From Candidatus Micrarchaeota archaeon (lineage in GTDB: Archaea > Micrarchaeota > Micrarchaeia > Anstonellales > Bilamarchaeaceae), in assembly GCA_043812915.1 (NCBI GenBank), contig JBDRLQ010000014.1:1-25347 (forward strand): DNA of 25,347 nt, given 5' to 3'. The translations under genes were made by a program, and so were the position numbers. Position 1 is the first letter of the stretch. The number at the start of each line of letters is the position of its first letter. The notes beneath the pieces are model-generated. The model ran no database searches, was not told where the DNA came from, and worked only from the letters and a program-made list of their open reading frames with translations. This document shows, one piece after another, positions 1-6,471 of this stretch.

Positions 1-195
1 TGGTGCGTGAAGACCAAGGAATTCCTGCAGGAGAATGGGATTGACTTTGTGGACAAGGATGTCAGCAATCCCGAGAATGCGAGGCAGGCCCTCAGCGTGA
101 GCGGCCAGAGCGGAATCCCGGTCACCGTAATAGACGGCACGCCGGTCATAGGATTCGATGTCGAGAGGCTGAGGCAGCTGCTCAGACTCAATTAG
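1..195 (+). CDS. Glutaredoxin/NrdH-redoxin-like protein, 5'-truncated by the window edge
   Basis: The frame is open from base 1 (W-C-V-K-T-K-E-F-L), the end of a CxxC motif. It also has SGQSGIPV (cis-Pro motif) and VIGFD, typical of NrdH/YruB-like glutaredoxins. Confidence 0.88.
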   Translation, partial: WCVKTKEFLQENGIDFVDKDVSNPENARQALSVSGQSGIPVTVIDGTPVIGFDVERLRQLLRLN

Positions 196-225
196 TTTCT
201 CTTTTTGGTTTTTTGCCTTTATTCA
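196..225 (+). terminator. Oligo-T archaeal terminator-like tract
   Basis: TTTCTCTTTTTGGTTTTTTGCCTTT directly follows the stop codon. Confidence 0.5.
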
Positions 226-270
226 ATTATGTGTCTAATAGTATAACAGTATGAATTCAATTGAACCAAG

Positions 271-280
271 TTTTATAAAA
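271..280 (+). promoter_or_regulatory. TATA box for ppsA
   Basis: TTTTATAAAA preceded by purine-rich AACCAAG, about 50 nt before ATG 327. Confidence 0.55.
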
Positions 281-326
281 TATATCCGAGAGAACTAGAC
301 AGATTTCTAATTTGGCTGGTGCCGCT

Positions 327-2714
327 ATGAAAAACGTGCTATGGTTCAAGGAATTAAACAGGGGAAGTCTGGCCGAGGCTGGTGGGAAGGGGGCTAACCT
401 CGGAGAAATGTATGAGGCCGGTTTTCCGATACCTAACGGTTTCGTGGCGACAAGCGGCGCGTACTATAAGCACCTGGATGAGAACAGCCTCAGGGAGCCG
501 ATATCCAGGATTCTGGAAAACCTTGACGTTGATGATACCGAGAAACTGAATGCTGCCTCCGAGGATATTCAGAAGCTGATTAAGGCTGGCAAGATGCCCG
601 ATGACGTCCGGGGGGACATCCTTCATGCCTACAGGGAACTGAACAAGATGGCGGGCAGGGAGACCTATGTAGCCGTTCGGAGCTCGGCAACCGCTGAGGA
701 TCTGCCGACCGCCAGTTTCGCGGGGCAGCAGTCCACATACCTCAATGTCCATGGGGAGGAGGGCCTCATTAAGGCGGTTATGGACTGCTGGGCATCACTC
801 TTCGAGCCAAGGGCAATTTTCTACAGGGTCGAGAACAATTTCGAGCACATGAAGGTCGGGCTCGCGGCGGTAGTCCAGATGATGGTGCAGAGCGAGAAGG
901 CAGGGGTTGTTTTCACCGTTGATCCGCTCTACCAGGACCCGAACATCCTCTCAATAGAAGGCGCGTATGGCCTTGGTGAAGTTGTCGTGAGCGGCCAGGT
1001 CAATCCGGATACCTACAGGATAGACAAGGAGCAGATGAAGATTATCGACAAGAACATCGCCAAGCAGACCTGGATGATTGTGAAAATCAACGGGGAGAAT
1101 AAGCATGTGGATATCAAGGAGGAGGCGCAGGGCTCGCAGAAGCTTACCGACCTTGAAATCAAGGACCTTGCAAAAATCTGCAAGAAGATAGAGAATCACT
1201 ACAATTTCCCCCAGGACCTAGAATTCGCCTTTGAGAAGGGCAACCTGTACATAGTGCAGTCAAGGCCGATAACCACCCTGGATTCAGGAAAGCAGGGAGA
1301 GGCGAAAGCCGAGGAAGCAGAAGGAGGCAAGAGCATGGAGCATGATAAAAAGGACCTTTCAGAAGCGAAGATTCTGTTGAACGGGCTCGGGGCATCCCCT
1401 GGCATGGGAATGGGACCAGTGAAGATAATCGCCTCGGCAAAGGAAATCAAGAGGATGAGCAAGGGAGACGTGCTCGTTACCGACATGACCACCCCCGACT
1501 TCGTGCCCGCGATGAAGAAGGCTTCCGCCATTGTCACCAATACCGGCGGAATGACCTCGCATGCCGCGATTGTCAGCCGAGAACTTGGCGTTCCGTGCAT
1601 TGTCGGCACTTCCGAGGCCACCACAGTGCTCAAGGAGGGCATCGATGTCAGCGTTGACGGAAGCCATGGAATAGTGTATGAGGGCCTTGTTTCAGCTCCG
1701 GAAGCAGCTGCCGCATCCACTTCAGCAAGCGTGAGCGGGGCTGCCGATTCCGCCCCCATTACGGGGACAAAGATTTACGTCAACCTTGCCGATGTGGACC
1801 AGGCCGAGAAGGTCGCAAAGCTTCCGGTCGATGGTGTCGGGCTGCTCCGTGCGGAGTTCATGATTGCCGACATGGGCCAGCACCCGAGGAAGATGTACGA
1901 TGAGGGGCGTGAACAGGAATTTGTGGACCGGCTCGCCGGGGATCTCAGGAAATTCGCAGCCGCATTCTATCCGAGGCCTGTGGTCTACCGCGCAACTGAC
2001 TTCAAGACGAATGAGTACCGCAACCTGGAAGGCGGGGAGAAATACGAGCCCAAGGAAGAGAATCCGATGATGGGATACCGGGGGGCCGCAAGATACCTTG
2101 CGGAGCCCGACATCTTCAAGATGGAGCTAAAGGCAATCAAGAAGGTGCGCGAAGAGTACCACCTCAAGAACCTCTGGCTTATGATTCCGTTCGTTCGGAG
2201 GGTGGGAGAATTGCGGGCCATCAAGCAGTTCCTGCATGAAGTCGGGATATACCGGACCAGGGACTTCAAGCTCTGGATCATGGTTGAAGTGCCAAGCACC
2301 GTGTTCCTCATCGACCAGTTCTGCCAGGAGGGAATCGACGGGATTTCTGTCGGGACGAATGACCTGACCCAGCTCATTCTGGGAATTGACCGGGACAACG
2401 CCCAATTGGCAAGGGGCTTTGATGAGCGCAATGAGGCTGTTCTGCGCGCCTTGAAGCACACAATCGAGACCTGCAAGAAGCACGGGATAACGACTTCCCT
2501 CTGCGGGCAGGCGCCATCCGTGTACCCTGAATTTGCTGAGAAGCTGGTGGAATTCGGCTCAACGAGCATGTCCGTCAATCCTGACGCCGTCACAAGGACA
2601 AGGAGGATTGTGCAGAGCGCCGAGCAGAAAATCATGCTCCAGAGGCTGGCCAAGATTGCCAAGCACCTCAAGCTCCAGGAAGGGGACAGCACATTCTCAG
2701 AAGGGGACGATTAG
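327..2714 (+). CDS. ppsA: Phosphoenolpyruvate synthase (pyruvate, water dikinase)
   Basis: Motifs GGKGANLGE, VAVRSSATAEDLPTASFAGQ, phospho-His GGMTSHAAIVSRELG, ENPMMGYRG, SVGTNDLTQ and catalytic CGQ. ATG 327 has GGTG upstream and is preferred over TTG 312. Confidence 0.97.
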   Translation: MKNVLWFKELNRGSLAEAGGKGANLGEMYEAGFPIPNGFVATSGAYYKHLDENSLREPISRILENLDVDDTEKLNAASEDIQKLIKAGKMPDDVRGDILHAYRELNKMAGRETYVAVRSSATAEDLPTASFAGQQSTYLNVHGEEGLIKAVMDCWASLFEPRAIFYRVENNFEHMKVGLAAVVQMMVQSEKAGVVFTVDPLYQDPNILSIEGAYGLGEVVVSGQVNPDTYRIDKEQMKIIDKNIAKQTWMIVKINGENKHVDIKEEAQGSQKLTDLEIKDLAKICKKIENHYNFPQDLEFAFEKGNLYIVQSRPITTLDSGKQGEAKAEEAEGGKSMEHDKKDLSEAKILLNGLGASPGMGMGPVKIIASAKEIKRMSKGDVLVTDMTTPDFVPAMKKASAIVTNTGGMTSHAAIVSRELGVPCIVGTSEATTVLKEGIDVSVDGSHGIVYEGLVSAPEAAAASTSASVSGAADSAPITGTKIYVNLADVDQAEKVAKLPVDGVGLLRAEFMIADMGQHPRKMYDEGREQEFVDRLAGDLRKFAAAFYPRPVVYRATDFKTNEYRNLEGGEKYEPKEENPMMGYRGAARYLAEPDIFKMELKAIKKVREEYHLKNLWLMIPFVRRVGELRAIKQFLHEVGIYRTRDFKLWIMVEVPSTVFLIDQFCQEGIDGISVGTNDLTQLILGIDRDNAQLARGFDERNEAVLRALKHTIETCKKHGITTSLCGQAPSVYPEFAEKLVEFGSTSMSVNPDAVTRTRRIVQSAEQKIMLQRLAKIAKHLKLQEGDSTFSEGDD

Positions 2715-2727
2715 TCCCCTCGAACAT

Positions 2728-2760
2728 TCTTTTTTTCCATTTCCTTTTTCCTTATTTTTC
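2728..2760 (+). terminator. Oligo-T terminator-like tract after ppsA
   Basis: Several T4-T7 runs just after the stop codon. Confidence 0.55.
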
Positions 2761-2787
2761 ATCATCCCATTATGCGCTTTATTGAGC

Positions 2788-2796
2788 TTTAAAAAA
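2788..2796 (+). promoter_or_regulatory. TATA box for dph2 (probably leaderless mRNA)
   Basis: TTTAAAAAA about 23 nt before ATG 2819, with no SD sequence. Confidence 0.5.
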
Positions 2797-2818
2797 GGTT
2801 TCCCAATAGAGTATCATC

Positions 2819-3712
2819 ATGAGAATCCTACTTCAGTTCCCCGAGGGCCTCAAGAAAGAGGCGATTTCATATTCTGAGAAATACAGCAAGGAAGGCCATG
2901 AGGTTTTCCTATCCTGCGCCGCGTGCTATGGCGCCTGCGACCTTGCGCTTGAGGAAGCCAAGAAGGTCGAGGCAGATAAGATAGTCCACTTCGGCCACGC
3001 GCAGTTCGTGCGCATCCACCTTCCGGTCGAGGTCGAGTATGTGGAATACCACGTTGATGTGGACCTTGATAAGCTGGAGGGTGCCATGGAGAAGCTTGGG
3101 GGGCTCAAAACGGTAGCGTTCGGGACGACCGTGCAGCATGTTCACCAGCTCAAGGAGATGCTAGAAATCTTCAAAAAAGCCGGAATCGAGGCCAGGACCG
3201 GCAAGGGCATAGTTGCCTACCATGAAGGCCAGGTCCTTGGCTGCGACGCGCAGGCTGTCGCGAGGTACGCGAAGGATTCTGAGGCCACGGTGTTTGTCGG
3301 TGATGGCATGTTCCATGCGCTGGCAATCAGCTCTGAGAAGCCTGTGTATGCAATCCATCCGAAATCAGGGGAAGTGCGGCAGATAAACGATGAGATCGAA
3401 AAGCTGGCCAGGAAGAGGCGCGGCGCTGTTATCGCCGCTTCAAAGGGGGAGACCTTTGGCATCCTGGTCTCCACGAAAATCGGCCAGTGCAATGTCATGG
3501 GCGCCAGGAGAATCAAGGAGGAATTGGAGAAGAAGGGGAAGAAGGCGGAGATACTTATCGCCAATGAGCTCAATGCCGGTTCCCTGGAGAATTTCCAGTC
3601 CTTCGACGCCTACGTGAACACCGCGTGCCCGAGGATTATGGATGACAATGAGATGTTCGGGAAGCCGGTAATCAATCCGAAGGACATGAAGCTTCTCCTA
3701 GAGCTCATATGA
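2819..3712 (+). CDS. dph2: Diphthamide biosynthesis enzyme Dph2 (2-(3-amino-3-carboxypropyl)histidine synthase)
   Basis: LQFPEGLK, CYGACD, HFGH, GQVLGC, GDGMFH, STKIGQ and NTACPR. All three Fe-S cysteines are present. Confidence 0.95.
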   Translation: MRILLQFPEGLKKEAISYSEKYSKEGHEVFLSCAACYGACDLALEEAKKVEADKIVHFGHAQFVRIHLPVEVEYVEYHVDVDLDKLEGAMEKLGGLKTVAFGTTVQHVHQLKEMLEIFKKAGIEARTGKGIVAYHEGQVLGCDAQAVARYAKDSEATVFVGDGMFHALAISSEKPVYAIHPKSGEVRQINDEIEKLARKRRGAVIAASKGETFGILVSTKIGQCNVMGARRIKEELEKKGKKAEILIANELNAGSLENFQSFDAYVNTACPRIMDDNEMFGKPVINPKDMKLLLELI

Positions 3713-3831
3713 ATTTCACAGGTGTGTTATGCGGATGACGCCGATTTAGCTGGAAATGACGGCAGAAAATGAACTCAGCTTTAAATTCTTTTCTTACCTT
3801 TTTTTCTAAATCAGCTTTTTGAGGCGCACAA

Positions 3832-4710
3832 ATGGAAGCACTTACTGAAATGGAGCTTGAACTTCCGAAAGTTCACAGGGGAAAGGTAAGGGACACGTAC
3901 ACGCTCAACAACCACCTTCTTATGGTCGCAAGCGACAGGCTGAGCGCGTTTGACGTCGTTTTCAATGAGGGAATCCCGATGAAGGGGAAGGTCCTGAACA
4001 AGCTGTCGATATTCTGGTTCCAGAGGACTTCCGATATAATCAAGAACCACTTCATCACGGACGCCATTCCGAGTTCCCTGCCTGAATATCTTCAGGGCAG
4101 GAGCATGATTGTTAAGAAGACCGAACCTCTTCCAATCGAATGCGTCGTGCGCGGATATTTAACCGGAAGCGCGTGGAAGGACTACAGGAAGGGCGGAAGC
4201 GTCTGCGGGATAAGGCTACCGGAGGGCCTGCGGAACGGCTCTGAATTGCCGCATCCGATCTTTACCCCTGCCTTCAAGGCGAAGACCGGCCATGACGAGA
4301 ATATCACAGAAGAGAAGGCAATTGAGCTTGTCGGGGAGAACTCCTATAAATTCGTCAAGCAGAAGAGCATCGAGCTCTACAACTTCGGGAAGGCGCACGC
4401 AAAGAAGTGCGGCCTGATCCTTGTCGACACCAAGTTCGAGTTCGGCGAGCTCACCGACGCCGAGGGGCACAAGAGCATAATCGTTATTGATGAGATGCTC
4501 ACTCCGGATTCCAGCAGGTACTGGATAAAGGAGAGGCACGACCAGGGGATAATCGAGAGCCTGGACAAGCAGTATGTCAGGGATTATCTTGAGAAGACGA
4601 AATGGGACAAGAACCCTCCCCCGCCCGAACTGCCTGCAGACGTCGTAGAGAAGACCACTGAAAGGTATCTCGAGGCGTACAAGAGGCTAACAGGAAAAGG
4701 GCTTGAATAA
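3832..4710 (+). CDS. purC: SAICAR synthetase
   Basis: GKVRD, SDRLSAFD, PIECVVRGY, DTKFEFG, DEMLTPDSSRYW and LDKQYVRD motifs. GAGG RBS upstream. Confidence 0.96.
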   Translation: MEALTEMELELPKVHRGKVRDTYTLNNHLLMVASDRLSAFDVVFNEGIPMKGKVLNKLSIFWFQRTSDIIKNHFITDAIPSSLPEYLQGRSMIVKKTEPLPIECVVRGYLTGSAWKDYRKGGSVCGIRLPEGLRNGSELPHPIFTPAFKAKTGHDENITEEKAIELVGENSYKFVKQKSIELYNFGKAHAKKCGLILVDTKFEFGELTDAEGHKSIIVIDEMLTPDSSRYWIKERHDQGIIESLDKQYVRDYLEKTKWDKNPPPPELPADVVEKTTERYLEAYKRLTGKGLE

Positions 4711-4713
4711 GCT

Positions 4714-5202
4714 TCATTCAAGGTAGTGGTCCAGCATATTCAGGGCGAACCTTGCCTGCCCCTTGTTTATCCCAAAGAGCATCGCGATATGCATCAGCTC
4801 CTCAGGATATCGAACCTGGTTCTTTTCCTCGGTAAAAGAAGCGAACGCATAGAAGGCGCCATGTTTGTTGCACTGCTCAAGGAATGTCCTGAGCCTTGAA
4901 ATCCTGAGGCTGCGCTGGATACCGGATGACTTAATCACGGTGTTCAGGTCGATCAGGAAGCATGCCTTCCTCTTTTCCGCGATGTTCTTCACGGAGCCGA
5001 TATCGAAATCGTATTCTTTGAGCATGATCAGCGTCTTCTTGTTCCTGAATTTTACGGAAGATTTCAGGTTATCGGCGTGGGCAATGCTGCCCTTTATTGA
5101 ATTGTAAGAGTAGAACTTCTCGAAGTCATAATCTGATGGGTCAGCATTGCATTTGAGGATATCGAACATTAGTATATGTTTGTATGGATGGGTTTTAATC
5201 AC
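4714..5202 (-). CDS. Probable divergent, short RNase P protein subunit Rpp30-like protein (start GTG 5202 or ATG 5169)
   Basis: Lies directly downstream of rpl15e, the conserved archaeal position of rpp30. The C-terminal pattern (FLIDL...R...FASF...VRYPEEL..IA.LFG...QA..AL) resembles the Rpp30 C-terminus. Similarity is weak. Confidence 0.6.
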   Translation of the reverse strand: MIKTHPYKHILMFDILKCNADPSDYDFEKFYSYNSIKGSIAHADNLKSSVKFRNKKTLIMLKEYDFDIGSVKNIAEKRKACFLIDLNTVIKSSGIQRSLRISRLRTFLEQCNKHGAFYAFASFTEEKNQVRYPEELMHIAMLFGINKGQARFALNMLDHYLE

Positions 5203-5240
5203 TGACCTTTCTGACGAAACCCATTTCGCCAGCCAGAATA

Positions 5241-5270
5241 GGAAAAAAAGGAAAGAAAATAGAAAAAGAG
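5241..5270 (-). terminator. Oligo-T tract after rpl15e
   Basis: The minus strand reads CTCTTTTTCTATTTTCTTTCCTTTTTTTCC straight after the stop codon. Confidence 0.5.
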
Positions 5271-5966
5271 CTACTCCGTGGCCTCTTTCTTCTCAGCTTT
5301 CGGGGCAGATTTCTTGGCCGCCCTTTTCTCGGCCTTTTTCTTCGCCTTTGCCGCCTTCACGCCCCTTTTCCGGATTGTTGCCTTTGCCTTGGTCTTCTCC
5401 TTTTTCTCATAAGGCTTTGCCGGGGGCTTGCCGAGCAGCTTCTTCTTGCGGAGCTTCTTGTTGAGCCCTTCCTTCTTGGTCGGCCTTCCCCTCCTGCCCG
5501 AGCTGGTAAGCCCGCGGAAGGTCTTGCCCTGCCTAACACCAGCGCTGATGTTTACGGAAGGCTTTGATGAATCAATTAGGATCACTTCGAAGAACTTGTG
5601 GTTTCCATCCTCTCCAACCCAGTAGGAATTGAGGACCTCCATGTTCCTGTACTGCCTGTTGACCCTCGTCTCGGCAATTGCCTTGTGGGATTTTCCGGGT
5701 GGCACGAACAGGTAGTTGCTCTTGGGCTTCCTTCCTCCCGAAGGCTTCCTCCTTGTCCTCCTTCCCTTGTCCACGCGGACGCGGACAATGATGTAGCCCT
5801 GCTTTGCCTTGTACCCCAGGCGCCTTGCACGCGTGAGGTTGGCAGGCCTTTCGACCTTGACCATTACCGGCTCCTTTCTCCAGCCGATAAGCTTGTCCTT
5901 GTACCTTGAATCCCTCTCCTTGTACTGCTGCTGGAGCGTCTTCTCAATATATTTGTAAGAACCCAT
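5271..5966 (-). CDS. rpl15e: 50S ribosomal protein eL15 (L15e) with a Lys/Ala-rich C-terminal extension
   Basis: MGSYKY start, ARRLGYKAKQG, EVLNSYWVGEDG..KFFEVIL and RGLTS. ATG 5966 has a GGTG RBS. Confidence 0.96.
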   Translation of the reverse strand: MGSYKYIEKTLQQQYKERDSRYKDKLIGWRKEPVMVKVERPANLTRARRLGYKAKQGYIIVRVRVDKGRRTRRKPSGGRKPKSNYLFVPPGKSHKAIAETRVNRQYRNMEVLNSYWVGEDGNHKFFEVILIDSSKPSVNISAGVRQGKTFRGLTSSGRRGRPTKKEGLNKKLRKKKLLGKPPAKPYEKKEKTKAKATIRKRGVKAAKAKKKAEKRAAKKSAPKAEKKEATE

Positions 5967-5994
5967 TTGCACCACTTTAAATATTATTTTCTTC

Positions 5995-6045
5995 AATTCC
6001 TCCCTGAAAATCGCAGAAGGGCTTCTGCACTGCCTGCGTAGAATT
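5995..6045 (-). promoter_or_regulatory. Candidate structured 5' leader of rpl15e
   Basis: Perfect inverted repeat GCAGAAG/CTTCTGC (6013-6028) inside a possible outer stem AAUUCU/GGAAUU. Confidence 0.4.
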
Positions 6046-6074
6046 CGACAGCAAACTCTTTGTGCTACTCATGG

Positions 6075-6088
6075 TTTTTAAACATTTC
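6075..6088. promoter_or_regulatory. TATA element in the divergent rpl15e / ATP synthase intergenic region
   Basis: TTTTTAAACATTTC. The TTTAAA core reads the same on both strands. Confidence 0.5.
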
Positions 6089-6125
6089 TTTTTAGAAGGA
6101 TTTTTGAACTGGTTTTGGTGTTGAC

Positions 6126-6461
6126 ATGGCGGAAGTTTCTGAACATTCAGAGTTTATGAAAACGGTTGAGGAAATAAAGTCAGCCGAGGATGAATATGAT
6201 CATCTCATTACGGATGCCAGGCAGAAGGCCGACGCTATCCTAAGAAAAGCGAAAGAGCAGGTTCTGAAGGAGAGGAACAAGGCCAGGGAGAGCGCCACCG
6301 CCTACAAGAACGAGAGGCTCAAGAGCGGCAGTGAGGAAATCGAGGCTGAGGTAGACAAGATTCTCAAGAAGGCAAGGGACGAGTCGGAGAAAATCAAGAA
6401 GAACAAGGCAGACGACAAATTCACCGACTCTCTCGTGAAGACGTTATTGACCAGTGAATAA
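6126..6461 (+). CDS. atpH: A/V-type ATP synthase subunit H (G-like peripheral stalk)
   Basis: Charged coiled coil (EEIKSAE...ARQKADAIL..AKE) as the first gene of the operon. GGTG RBS. Confidence 0.85.
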   Translation: MAEVSEHSEFMKTVEEIKSAEDEYDHLITDARQKADAILRKAKEQVLKERNKARESATAYKNERLKSGSEEIEAEVDKILKKARDESEKIKKNKADDKFTDSLVKTLLTSE

Positions 6462-6471
6462 AGGTATTGAC

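Noticed and set aside
1985..2692. 235-aa antisense ORF inside ppsA, plus other nested ORFs in 354-2877
   Set aside because: Shadow ORFs of a well-conserved gene, with no motifs or RBS.
3729..3809. TAG read-through (pyrrolysine or recoding) extending MRMTPI* to a 26-codon peptide
   Set aside because: TAG is an ordinary stop in several genes here (e.g. ppsA, atpA), and the extension runs through a T-tract.
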